From Candidatus Omnitrophota bacterium (GTDB taxonomy: Bacteria > Omnitrophota > Gorgyraeia > Zapsychrales > Zapsychraceae), in assembly GCA_021108075.1 (NCBI GenBank), contig JAIORP010000100.1:7783-71782 (forward strand): 64,000 nucleotides of DNA, in the 5' to 3' direction. Below, in pieces: positions 40,254 through 50,013 of the stretch; positions within the stretch are counted from its first letter, which is position 1; each line of letters starts with the position of its first letter. The notes below the pieces were generated by a model. That model was not told the DNA's origin. It made no database searches and worked only from the letters and a program-made list of their open reading frames with translations. A program made the translations under genes and the position numbers.

Positions 40254-40604
40254 ATGGCAAAATTGATAACTATCGGAATCAGTTGTTTTTTAATCCTCAG
40301 CGTTGTTGAACTCATTCGAAAAGAGAAATTGACGTTCAAATACGCATCGTTGTGGCTTACCGTGTCATTCCTGGCGCTTGTATTCGCGATATTCAACTCC
40401 TGGCTGTTTAAGTTGTCTGAAGTTTTAGGCTTCGTCCTGCCCAGTAATTTTATATTTTTTTCATTGTTGATCGTTTTAACATTGCTTATATTTGTGGTCA
40501 CGCTGTTTTTATGTCAACAAAATCGGCATAATGACACGATCGCTCAAAAGATTGCTTTATTAGAGCATGAATTGGAATCATTGAAGAAAAATAAAAAAAG
40601 ATAA
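40254..40604 (+). CDS. DUF2304-like small membrane protein
   Basis: Three TM segments, IRKEKL..KYASLWL, IAQKIALLE tail; usual neighbour of DPM1-like glycosyltransferases. Confidence 0.8.
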   Translation: MAKLITIGISCFLILSVVELIRKEKLTFKYASLWLTVSFLALVFAIFNSWLFKLSEVLGFVLPSNFIFFSLLIVLTLLIFVVTLFLCQQNRHNDTIAQKIALLEHELESLKKNKKR

Positions 40605-40605
40605 C

Positions 40606-41286
40606 ATGGCACAAGATCGTTCAAATAATATCTTAGCGCGCGAACAAGATTGGAATAAATATTGGCGTATGGACAATGTCCGGCGTGGCGGGCAATTGAG
40701 CTGGTCCAAAAAACGCATTGTGTTTTTACTGCAATCCTTTCTTGGGCGCAAGCAAAAAATCCTGGACGCGGGTTGTGGGAGCGGTTTTTTTTCGAAGCAT
40801 TTTTATGATTTAGGGCATCGTGTCTGTTCATTGGATTATTCGCAGGAAGCCCTTAAGTCAACGCAACAATTGACCAATAATAAAACTCATCTGATTTGTA
40901 AGGATATGCTGGCGGATGATTTTTGCGCGACGATGGACTCAGACTATGATGTCATTTTTTCAGATGGGTTGTTGGAACATTTCGGATGTTCACAGCAACA
41001 GAGAATCCTGGGGCATTTTTCACAAATATTATCTGAAAAGGGAATGATTGTGACATTTGTCCCGAACAAATGGTCTCCATGGCAATTGATTCGGCCTTTC
41101 TATATGCCAGGGATCAAAGAGTCTCCGTTTGTTTTATCCGGTTTGTTAAGACTTCATTTTAAGTGTAATTTGCTCATCATTCAATCAGGGGGGGTGAATG
41201 TCTTGCCTTTTCGTTTTTCCCCCGAAAAAATTTTCGGTCAATATTTCGGCATGTTGTTATATGCCATTGCCCGGAAAAAGACATAA
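40606..41286 (+). CDS. Class I SAM-dependent methyltransferase
   Basis: ILDAGCGSG, YDVIFSDGLLEHF. Confidence 0.88.
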   Translation: MAQDRSNNILAREQDWNKYWRMDNVRRGGQLSWSKKRIVFLLQSFLGRKQKILDAGCGSGFFSKHFYDLGHRVCSLDYSQEALKSTQQLTNNKTHLICKDMLADDFCATMDSDYDVIFSDGLLEHFGCSQQQRILGHFSQILSEKGMIVTFVPNKWSPWQLIRPFYMPGIKESPFVLSGLLRLHFKCNLLIIQSGGVNVLPFRFSPEKIFGQYFGMLLYAIARKKT

Positions 41287-41310
41287 ATTCCGATAGATGC
41301 ATTCAGCCAC

Positions 41311-42318
41311 ATGAACGTCAAGTTGGTTTATATGGACCATAGGTCGGTCAGTGTCGTTGTTCCTGCCTACAATTGTGAATCCACGATTGCTCGGACAATA
41401 ACGGCTATAAAAAATCAATCTTTTAAGCCCAAAGACATTATCATCATTGATGATGGTTCCTGCGATGGGTCTGCCCACACAGTAAAATTTTTTCCTGAGG
41501 TAAAATATGTTTTTCAGCCTAACGCCGGTCCCGCGGCTGCGCGCAATAAAGGCGCTGAACTGGCTGAAGGGGAGGTGCTTTTTTTTACCGATTCAGACTG
41601 TATCCCGGCGAAGGATTGGATTGAGAAAATGATTCAACATTTTGATAGGCCGCTAATTGGCGCCGTAGCAGGCAGTTATGGGATCGCAAATGCGGATAAC
41701 CGCCTGGCGCGAGGCATTCATAACGAAATTCTTTTCCGGCACGATCATTTGATGCCGGAATATCCCTCCGCTTTTGGGAGCTATAATGTGGCGATTCGTA
41801 AGTCTGTTTTTCATCAGGTCGGAGGATTTGATGAATCTTATCGTTGGGCAAGCGGTGAAGATAATGATTTGAGCTACAAGCTTTTAAAGGCCGGGTTTAA
41901 AATTTATTTTGAAAGGGCGGCCAAAGTTGATCATTTTCATGCGACAAGTATATTCAGGTATCTAAAAGAACAGTACCGTCACGGGTTTTGGCGGGTTCGG
42001 TTGTATATGGCTCATCCCGATATGGTTAAGGGGGATAATTATACTTTTTGGAAAGATATTATTGAAATGCCTTTGGCTTTCTTGACTCTTGTGTTTTTGT
42101 TTTTCAGTGTTTTACCGTACGGGGCTGCTGTTATGCTCCTCATAGTGTTATTATTTAACGGTTTTATGCAGTTAATTTTTTCTTGTATGACTGAAAATAC
42201 TATTTATGATGCTATTTATTATTCTTTCATTTTATTCGTGAGGAGTTATCTGAGGTTCTTTGGTTTGTCGACGGGGATTTGCTTCTTTTTCTTTGAGAAA
42301 TTTTCAAAAAAAAATTAA
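41311..42318 (+). CDS. Glycosyltransferase family 2 with C-terminal TM helices
   Basis: VVVPAYN, DDGS, GPAAARN, FTDSDC, GEDNDLS; true start may be 41332. Confidence 0.9.
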   Translation: MNVKLVYMDHRSVSVVVPAYNCESTIARTITAIKNQSFKPKDIIIIDDGSCDGSAHTVKFFPEVKYVFQPNAGPAAARNKGAELAEGEVLFFTDSDCIPAKDWIEKMIQHFDRPLIGAVAGSYGIANADNRLARGIHNEILFRHDHLMPEYPSAFGSYNVAIRKSVFHQVGGFDESYRWASGEDNDLSYKLLKAGFKIYFERAAKVDHFHATSIFRYLKEQYRHGFWRVRLYMAHPDMVKGDNYTFWKDIIEMPLAFLTLVFLFFSVLPYGAAVMLLIVLLFNGFMQLIFSCMTENTIYDAIYYSFILFVRSYLRFFGLSTGICFFFFEKFSKKN

Positions 42319-42325
42319 ATAAATG

Positions 42326-42353
42326 TTGCAGGCCCAGAGGTGTATGTTAGAAT
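42326..42353 (+). promoter_or_regulatory. Possible sigma70 promoter of the secretion locus
   Basis: TTGCAG-16 nt-TAGAAT with extended -10 TG. Confidence 0.35.
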
Positions 42354-42391
42354 CAAAAATGTAATTGCAAATATAACTAGTAATTATATTT

Positions 42392-43297
42392 ATGAGATTT
42401 CCATTCACAACTTCAAAAGTCGGCTATTATTCTGTCTTGGGCTTTAAAAAAGAACCCTTTTCTACGAGTCCTGACCCTGCCTTCTTTTATCCCACAAAAC
42501 AACATGAGACAGCATTGACAAATTTATTGATTGAACTCAGGCTTCGCCGGGGACTGTCGGTTATTTTTGGAGACGTCGGAACGGGTAAAACAACATTGTC
42601 AAGACGGCTGCTTCATGAGTTAAATAAACGTAAAGATGTTATTTTTCACATGATTTTGAACCCTGCTTTCGATGGTGAACAGCATTTTTTAATATCTCTG
42701 ATCAGGAATTTTAGTATTGATATTCCGAAGGACCGTAAATTGAAAGATCTGGACCTTATGGAGTTGAGAGATATTATCGAGCGGTTTCTTATTCATAAAA
42801 CGTTAGAAGAGAACCGAACGGTTGTCCTGATTATTGATGAGGCCCAGAAAATGGATCTGGCCTCATTGGAAACCCTGAGGATTTTGTTGAATTTTGAAAC
42901 GAATGATCATAAGCTCATTCAGCTGATTCTCCTCGGGCAATTAGAATTGTATGCCAGGGTCGTCCATATGTCCAACTTTATGGACCGCATTAGTTTCCGT
43001 TACACGTTGAATCCTCTTAGCGTTGAAGAAACAAAAGAATTGATCCTGTTTCGAATTAATAAAGCGGGTTATGAAAGTCAACAAAGAATTTTTTTAGATG
43101 ATGCTATCAGTGAGATCTATACTCAAACCAAAGGCTATCCTCGAAAAATAAATATGCTTTGTCATAAGGCTCTTAAAGAGCTCATCCTGCAACAGCATTC
43201 TATTATCGACGCGCCTTTTATTAAAGAAATTTTTGTTAAGCAAGAAATGACACCCGGTTCCGTCAAGGATGGTTTTGTGTCTGCGAACCGTTCGTAA
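42392..43297 (+). CDS. ExeA/GspA-like AAA ATPase
   Basis: EPFSTSPDP, Walker A GDVGTGKT, Walker B LIIDEAQ, LLGQLEL, GYPRKINMLC. Confidence 0.9.
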   Translation: MRFPFTTSKVGYYSVLGFKKEPFSTSPDPAFFYPTKQHETALTNLLIELRLRRGLSVIFGDVGTGKTTLSRRLLHELNKRKDVIFHMILNPAFDGEQHFLISLIRNFSIDIPKDRKLKDLDLMELRDIIERFLIHKTLEENRTVVLIIDEAQKMDLASLETLRILLNFETNDHKLIQLILLGQLELYARVVHMSNFMDRISFRYTLNPLSVEETKELILFRINKAGYESQQRIFLDDAISEIYTQTKGYPRKINMLCHKALKELILQQHSIIDAPFIKEIFVKQEMTPGSVKDGFVSANRS

Positions 43298-43349
43298 AAA
43301 AAAACATTTTTATCTTGAACTAAATAAATAGAAATATAAGATTAATAAT

Positions 43350-43979
43350 ATGGTTGCAAAACAAGAAACGGCTGAGCAAAAATTATTAAAAATGATTGAA
43401 GCCTCTGCGGCTAAGAAGAGTCCGACGCCTGAAGTGCAAGTTGAGCAGAAGGTTAAGAAAAAGATTTCTTTTTTAACTTTAATAAAACGAATCAACTTGG
43501 TGCTAATTATTATAGTTTTATTTGTCGGCTTCGAATTGTTTCGCGGTATAAACGCCGGCACGCAGTTGTTAAGCCGAAAGTTGCAATTAACGGCAACCGT
43601 TAAGGCCTCGTCGGCAAACCTGCATCAATCAAATTATGTTGATATTCAACAGTTGGCCTTTTATGTCGCTCCGGTTGAAGAGAGAAATATTTTTCAGCCT
43701 TACCAGGAAAAAAGCAGGACGGCAACTGACCAGTCAGTTGAGGACATCAAAAAAATTGTTCTGTTGTCCGAAAATTATAGACTTGTCGGTGTCGCCTGGC
43801 TTGATAAAATTGAAACAGCCTCGGTTATGATTGAAGACACCGAGAAAGAGATTACCTATTTTTTGCATAAAGGGGAAAAGATAGGCGATATAATTGTAAA
43901 AACCATTTATGCCGACAGTGCTTTATTAGGCTATGAAAATGAGGAGATGATAATACGATATGATAAATCACAAATGTAA
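43350..43979 (+). CDS. GspC/PilP-like type II secretion or pilus accessory protein
   Basis: Single TM, RNIFQP, LVGVAW...VMIED...FLHKGEKI beta domain; directly upstream of the secretin. Confidence 0.7.
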   Translation: MVAKQETAEQKLLKMIEASAAKKSPTPEVQVEQKVKKKISFLTLIKRINLVLIIIVLFVGFELFRGINAGTQLLSRKLQLTATVKASSANLHQSNYVDIQQLAFYVAPVEERNIFQPYQEKSRTATDQSVEDIKKIVLLSENYRLVGVAWLDKIETASVMIEDTEKEITYFLHKGEKIGDIIVKTIYADSALLGYENEEMIIRYDKSQM

Positions 43980-45552
43980 GATTAAAAGACCTCTTTTTTT
44001 CTGCTTTTTATTGTCCATATGTGTCGTCAACTGTGCGACTTTGAGTTACGCTGCTAAGCCAAAACCGATTGTGATCAAAAAACAAAAAGAGTCCATATTT
44101 ACGCGGATGGAACGCAAGATCACCCTTGATGTCAGAGACATGAATATCGTTGATGTCATCAAGTTTTTGGCCCTAAAAGGTGAATTTAATATTGTCATAA
44201 GCCCAACCGTTAATGGACGCTCGACGGTATTATTGAACAATGTCACGATCCGTAATGCTTTAGATATTGTGATCATATCGAATCAGCTCGCGTATGAAGT
44301 TGAGGGCAATATCATTCAGATTATGAGTTCAGTCGAATATGAGGCGCTATACGGAAAAAGATTTGGTGATAAAACCATTGTTAGTATTATCCGGTTGAAA
44401 TATTCAAAGCCGAGTTATGTCTTGGCTGCTCTGGATAATATTAAGAGTAACGTTGGAAAAATTATTATTGATGAGGACACGGGTTCCGTCGTGATGATTG
44501 ACACGCCAGATGCAATAGAAAAAATGAAATTAGCGATTAAGGAAATAGAAAAACCGTTAAAAACAGTTATATATGATCTGCAATATGCTAACGCAAACAT
44601 CATTGCTAATAAGCTCCGTGCGCGTATCGATGCCAAAGCCGTTGGATCAATCACCCCTGATGAGAGATCAAATAAAATTATTATCCGCGCGTTCCCTGAT
44701 CGGGTAAAAGAAGTCCGGGCGATCATAAAAGAGTTGGATACGATCACGAAAGAAGTGCTTGTCAATGCCCGCATTTTGCAGATTGTTTTGAAACCTCAGT
44801 ATGACGTCGGGATTGACTGGCAGATGGATTTCAGGGGCAGTTCCTATGACGGCCTGAAGAAAGTGTCTTTCAATAATATTTATCTCGACAAAAATAACAT
44901 TTCATCGTCGGACAATTTAAAGACAACATTTGGTCAAATTGCTGTGGGAGACTTCAGCGCGGATCAGTTTGAGGTGGCTATACGTGCGTTGAGACAGGTG
45001 AGTGACACGAAAATTTTGTCCAATCCGCAATTGTTGGTAACCAATAATGAAGAAGCCCGTATTCATATCGGCGATACGGTTCCCTATATTATTTCAACCA
45101 CATCCGGAACCGGTGATAGTGCCATCACGAGTGAAGATGTCCGTTTTGTTGACGTCGGGTTAAAGCTGAACGTAACTCCTTCCATTAATGATGATGGATT
45201 TGTCACAATGCGATTGAGACCGGAGATTTCTACCGTCGTTGCTTCTGTCGAGTCCCAGGGCGGAGGCATCCCTCAGGTCAATAAAACAGAGGTTGACACA
45301 ACTGTTATGGTCAAGGACGGCAATACGATTATTTTAGGCGGATTAAAGCGTAATGATAAAGTCCATATGAAAAAAGGATTTCCTGTTTTGATGGATCTTC
45401 CATTCTTTGGCACCTTGTTCAGCCGGACGGATGACAATTACACGACGACAGAAATTGCCATTTTTATAACCCCTCATATTATAAAAGGCGATGACGATTA
45501 CACCTTGCTCAGAGGAACAATTAAACCTTTTAAATCATATAGTACTGATTAA
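43960..45552 (+). CDS. Secretin (GspD/PilQ family)
   Basis: Signal peptide; ITLDVRDMNI N-domain; ILSNPQLLVTNNEEARIHIG; VGLKLNVTP; VMVKDGNTIILGGL; LPFFGTLF; IFITPHII. Confidence 0.93.
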   Translation: MINHKCKIKRPLFFCFLLSICVVNCATLSYAAKPKPIVIKKQKESIFTRMERKITLDVRDMNIVDVIKFLALKGEFNIVISPTVNGRSTVLLNNVTIRNALDIVIISNQLAYEVEGNIIQIMSSVEYEALYGKRFGDKTIVSIIRLKYSKPSYVLAALDNIKSNVGKIIIDEDTGSVVMIDTPDAIEKMKLAIKEIEKPLKTVIYDLQYANANIIANKLRARIDAKAVGSITPDERSNKIIIRAFPDRVKEVRAIIKELDTITKEVLVNARILQIVLKPQYDVGIDWQMDFRGSSYDGLKKVSFNNIYLDKNNISSSDNLKTTFGQIAVGDFSADQFEVAIRALRQVSDTKILSNPQLLVTNNEEARIHIGDTVPYIISTTSGTGDSAITSEDVRFVDVGLKLNVTPSINDDGFVTMRLRPEISTVVASVESQGGGIPQVNKTEVDTTVMVKDGNTIILGGLKRNDKVHMKKGFPVLMDLPFFGTLFSRTDDNYTTTEIAIFITPHIIKGDDDYTLLRGTIKPFKSYSTD

Positions 45553-45584
45553 TAAGTTGTCTTAACAATAAAGAGGGCCAAGAT

Positions 45585-46469
45585 ATGTTTACAAAAAATT
45601 ATTTTAAAAGAACACGTGATGTTTTTTGTGGGGTTTTGTTTTTAAGTTTATGTTTTTCAGTCGTTTTTTTCTCTGATGTGCAGGCAGACATTAGAGAAAG
45701 ACAAGCGGTCGAAATCAATAAAAGCTTAAAAACTTTAATTGAAGAAAATCAACGCTTAGTGGACGACAATGATGGTTTGAAATTTGAGCTCAGAAAAATG
45801 AAAGGCAATATGGATAATCGTTCCTCTTTCGAATCTTTGAAGCAGGAAAAGGAAGACATCGCGGGAAGATATAAAAGAATAGAGAAAGTCAACCAACGTT
45901 ATTCCCGGAAGATAAGAGCCCTTGAGGATCAAATAGAGAAATTGAAACAAGAGGACGATGTTAAGTCTTCTCAGATCGGCAATGAATTTGATGACCAGGA
46001 TTATTTAAGAAATTTGCAAAAAGATTATAATATGCAACTTGTTTCTTCCGGCGATAAAGATGTTGAAACGTCAGAGGTTACGCAAAGAGAGATCAGTACG
46101 ATTGAACTGTTGACGAGTATTGATGCTTTTATTGAGGATGATGAACGCGTACGCTCAGACGCGGCAAAAGCTCATTACAATATGGGCAATATTTATTTTC
46201 AAAAGGGGAAGTATGAAATTGCTTACAGGGAATATTATCAAGCTGTGAATTTAATGCCCGATGATCCGGATTCTCATTACAATCTGGCATTTGTCAGCGG
46301 CGAGTATCTTAAGGATTTTAAGACGGCTTTAAAACATTACAAAATGTACATGTATTTAAAGCCACAGGCGAAAGATTCCAATTTGGTTAGACAGAAGATA
46401 ATGGAAGCTGAGTTAGAAATTAGAAGCATGACAGATTCCCCTTTAGAAGATGGCGATTATTTAAGATAA
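45585..46469 (+). CDS. Exported coiled-coil + TPR protein
   Basis: Signal peptide (VQA), coiled coil, AHYNMGNIYF and SHYNLAF TPR motifs. Confidence 0.85.
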   Translation: MFTKNYFKRTRDVFCGVLFLSLCFSVVFFSDVQADIRERQAVEINKSLKTLIEENQRLVDDNDGLKFELRKMKGNMDNRSSFESLKQEKEDIAGRYKRIEKVNQRYSRKIRALEDQIEKLKQEDDVKSSQIGNEFDDQDYLRNLQKDYNMQLVSSGDKDVETSEVTQREISTIELLTSIDAFIEDDERVRSDAAKAHYNMGNIYFQKGKYEIAYREYYQAVNLMPDDPDSHYNLAFVSGEYLKDFKTALKHYKMYMYLKPQAKDSNLVRQKIMEAELEIRSMTDSPLEDGDYLR

Positions 46470-46621
46470 TTTGACATGTTTGTACTTATTAGGAATTGAA
46501 TCACTTTCGGTTTATTGGATAAATAAAATTTAAAAAAATAAATGTACAGTTCTGCTGGTGCATTTCGTGTATTGTTTTCCATATTATATATATAACAAAA
46601 TTAATAATAATTAGAGGTGAT

Positions 46622-48214
46622 ATGAAAAACAAACAGTTTTTTATTGAATGCTTCATCCTGCTCCTCATCCTTTTGCTTTCATCAGGGCATTCCTGCTACG
46701 CGAACAATCTAAACATTACGAATGTAACCTTAACGGAGAGAAACCCTTCTGCCGGAACGGTCGTGGTTGAATTTGATGTGTCCTGGGAGAATTCCTGGCG
46801 CACAAAAATTAACCACGATGCCGTATGGTTAACTGTCCGTTTATATAAATCCACCGTAACTCCCACCAATAAAATTCTCTCTCCTCTAACCGAAAGTGGT
46901 TTGAACCCTCAAGGCATATATACAGGTTCAACATCCCAAGTTGAGCTTTATGTCCCTGCTGATAAATGGGGGGTATTTATCCGGCCTGCAGCTTATGGAA
47001 AATTTTCAACGATTACGGCTGAGGCTGTTCAGCTGACCATTGATTACGGAACAGCTGGATTTAGTTCTTCAGATGATGTTTATGTTAGTCTCATGGGTGT
47101 CGAAATGGTTCTGGTTCCTTCAGGGACTTTTTTTGCGGGTGATTTTGATTCCAGTACGGCAGCCCTCGACCAGGGAACGGCAGATTCTGATCCCTGGGTG
47201 ATCTCCAATGATTTGATGATTAATGTGACAAATCCCAGTAACAACGGTTATCGGTATGTGTCCAATAATAATCCGGGTGAAGATCCTACGGGCGCCACCT
47301 TTACGATCAGTTCCGCGTTTCCTGTTGGCTATTATGCATTTTATGTTATGAAGTATGAAATCACGGAAGGGCAATGGATCGAATTCATCAATGCGTTACC
47401 ATCAAATAGCGCCCGACTGAACAGGGATATAACGGATAGTGCCCATAAGAACACGGACAGCGTGATTAATCGAAATACCGTCACTTGCTCCGGCTCGCCA
47501 CTTTCTTGTTCGTCATCCCGTCCGAACAGATCGTTGAGTTTTATAACTTGGATGGATTTAGCTTCTTTTTTAGATTGGATGGCATTGCGACCCATGAGTG
47601 AACTTGAATTCGAGAAATTATCCCGGGGACCTTTGTTGGCTGAGACCTCAGAGTTTGCCTGGGGCGACACGAACATCACTTCAGCGACGACGATTTCTGC
47701 TGGTGATGAGGTTGGCAACGAAACAATTACAACAACAGGAGCAAATGCCCATTTTAACAACATGACCCTAACAGGTGGCGACACCGGCTATGGAACGGGA
47801 TACACCCAGGGGCCGTTACGTGGCGGTATTTTTGCGACAGGCCAGTCCACACGGGAAACGTCAGGAGCCACATATTACGGCGTTTTAGATGTCTCCGGGA
47901 ATTTAAGAGAACGTGTTGTTACGTTCGGCAATGCCAGTGGGCGGTTATTCGACGGCAGCCATGGCGATGGTGACTTGACAACCGTGAGCGGTTATGAAGG
48001 TAATGCTACGAACAGCGACTGGCCGGGAATGGACACGAATACGGCACGCGGAGTTACCGGTGCGAATGGCTCTGGTTTTCGTGGAGGCGCTTGGGATTCT
48101 CAGTCGAGTGGTGACTTATTAAGAGTTTCTGACCGGACAGAGGCAGCCTTGTCGACGACATCCGCTTTTAATAATGCCGGCGGCCGCGGCGTAAGGACTT
48201 ACGAAGGTGAATAA
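46622..48214 (+). CDS. Secreted FGE-sulfatase/SUMF1-fold (C-type-lectin-like) protein, paralog 1
   Basis: Signal peptide (CYA-NN); FDVSWENSWR; MKYEITEGQW; LRPMSELEFEK; DVSGNLRE; FRGGAW. Confidence 0.85.
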   Translation: MKNKQFFIECFILLLILLLSSGHSCYANNLNITNVTLTERNPSAGTVVVEFDVSWENSWRTKINHDAVWLTVRLYKSTVTPTNKILSPLTESGLNPQGIYTGSTSQVELYVPADKWGVFIRPAAYGKFSTITAEAVQLTIDYGTAGFSSSDDVYVSLMGVEMVLVPSGTFFAGDFDSSTAALDQGTADSDPWVISNDLMINVTNPSNNGYRYVSNNNPGEDPTGATFTISSAFPVGYYAFYVMKYEITEGQWIEFINALPSNSARLNRDITDSAHKNTDSVINRNTVTCSGSPLSCSSSRPNRSLSFITWMDLASFLDWMALRPMSELEFEKLSRGPLLAETSEFAWGDTNITSATTISAGDEVGNETITTTGANAHFNNMTLTGGDTGYGTGYTQGPLRGGIFATGQSTRETSGATYYGVLDVSGNLRERVVTFGNASGRLFDGSHGDGDLTTVSGYEGNATNSDWPGMDTNTARGVTGANGSGFRGGAWDSQSSGDLLRVSDRTEAALSTTSAFNNAGGRGVRTYEGE

Positions 48215-48217
48215 AAA

Positions 48218-49900
48218 ATGAAAAAGAAAATTTGCGAACAAACTTATCACGGGTTCAGAACGCGAGCACAAAGAACAGTTAATTTTTTTATTTTTTTGTT
48301 CGTTTCTATTTGTTTTGTTCCGTTGATGGCAAGGGCCAACAATTTAATCATTGAGGGCTTTGAAGTCGACAGCATCGATACAGCAGCCAACACGATCACA
48401 TATGTTTGCGATGTCTCCTGGGACAACAGTTGGAGGACGACGACAAACAACGATTCCGTCTGGGTTTTTTTGAAATATTCAACCGATGCCGGAGTGAATT
48501 GGGATCATGCCAGCATGTCCTTAAGTGGAACAGACCCAATGGGTTTTGCCCCTCCTGTTGATTTTGAAGTTGTTGTTCCGAATGATGAGAAAGGGTTCTT
48601 TTTGCAACGAACAGATTTAAGTTCAGGCAGTGTGAGCGCGGAAGGTGTCAAGTTTGTGTGGGACTATGCCCAGGACGGATTATCTGATGATGAGGCAACG
48701 GCTTCGAATACGATTAACAAAATTTTTGGAATTGAAATGGTTTACATCCCTGAGGGGTCTTTTAGCGCGGGAGATAGCAGCAGTTCTTCGGAGTATCCCT
48801 TTAAACAAGGTTCCGCTGATAGTGACCCTTGGTATATCCAGGGCGAGGAATCGATTACAACAGCAAATGTGGTCAGCGATGGATATTATTACCAGAGTGC
48901 CGGCGTGACGGGCGAGAATGCCAGTGGGGATGTCTTTCTTATTTCAACATCATTTCCCAAGGGGTACCGGTCTTTTTACATAATGAAATATGAGTTAACA
49001 GAAGGTCAATGGACAAGTTTTTTTAATTCTTTGAGCCATGCGGCAAAAACAAACCGTGACATAACGGGTTTTCAGGAAGGCGGAAAGAATTCTGACAGCG
49101 TCGTGGATAGAAATACGATAAGTTGGGATCATGTGGACGTCAAATCTATCGCGACCACACAAAGGCCGGATCGGCCGGTAACATACATTTCCTGGACCGA
49201 CCTGATGGCTTATGCCGATTGGGCAGGCTTACGGCCGATGACCGAATTGGAATATGAAAAAGCCGCTCGTGGCGTTGATATTTCTGCTGTGCCGAATGAG
49301 TTCGCCTGGGGCACGGCATCGTATAACACCGCGGAATCATCAGAGATATATCCAAATGGCGATGAAGATGGAACGGAACAGATTTTTGATGGAGCTGCAA
49401 ACATCAACAGAAACAGTTTAGGCTGGACTTCCGGTGATGGCCGCGCGGGAGGTATTGCTGTGGGGCAGAAAGGTCCTGTGCGCGCGGGTATTTTTGCTGA
49501 AAGTTCAACAAACAGGGAAACGAGTGGCGCTTCTTTCTATGGTGTGATGGAGTTGTCCGGGAATTTATACGAAATGTGCGTTACCGTCGGGAGAATAGAA
49601 GGACGCCAATATTTAGGCACACATGGAGACGGCCGGTTGTCATCGGTTTCCGGTTATGAGGGAAACGCAACAAATACGGATTGGCCGGGTATCAATACAT
49701 CCGATTCCGCAAGAGGAATCACCGGAACTCTCGGGTCAGGTTATAGAGGCGGGGATTTCCAATCGGTGAGTTCATTGCATTTTCAAGTTTCAAATCGAAC
49801 ATTAGCAGTAAGGGATGCCGATACAGGAGGTTTTCAGGAGCGGTATGACGCAACTGCCGGAGTTTATCAAGGAGGTCGATTGGTCCGAACAGCACCGTAA
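48218..49900 (+). CDS. Secreted FGE-sulfatase/SUMF1-fold (C-type-lectin-like) protein, paralog 2
   Basis: Signal peptide (ARA-NN); DVSWDNSWR; MKYELTEGQW; LRPMTELEYEKAARG; ELSGNLYE; YRGGDF. Confidence 0.85.
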   Translation: MKKKICEQTYHGFRTRAQRTVNFFIFLFVSICFVPLMARANNLIIEGFEVDSIDTAANTITYVCDVSWDNSWRTTTNNDSVWVFLKYSTDAGVNWDHASMSLSGTDPMGFAPPVDFEVVVPNDEKGFFLQRTDLSSGSVSAEGVKFVWDYAQDGLSDDEATASNTINKIFGIEMVYIPEGSFSAGDSSSSSEYPFKQGSADSDPWYIQGEESITTANVVSDGYYYQSAGVTGENASGDVFLISTSFPKGYRSFYIMKYELTEGQWTSFFNSLSHAAKTNRDITGFQEGGKNSDSVVDRNTISWDHVDVKSIATTQRPDRPVTYISWTDLMAYADWAGLRPMTELEYEKAARGVDISAVPNEFAWGTASYNTAESSEIYPNGDEDGTEQIFDGAANINRNSLGWTSGDGRAGGIAVGQKGPVRAGIFAESSTNRETSGASFYGVMELSGNLYEMCVTVGRIEGRQYLGTHGDGRLSSVSGYEGNATNTDWPGINTSDSARGITGTLGSGYRGGDFQSVSSLHFQVSNRTLAVRDADTGGFQERYDATAGVYQGGRLVRTAP

Positions 49901-50013
49901 GGCTGTGTTTCAATGATCAGCATGTTGTTTTTTCTTGGCGAAATTACTAAGGAAAGAGCCGAGAGTCATCGCCTGATAGATAAAAAAGCTAGGCGACAAA
50001 CGAACAAACTTGA

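Noticed and set aside
46622-50013. Diversity-generating retroelement targeting the FGE-fold genes
   Set aside because: No reverse transcriptase and no template repeat differing at adenines seen in the window; a remote DGR cannot be excluded
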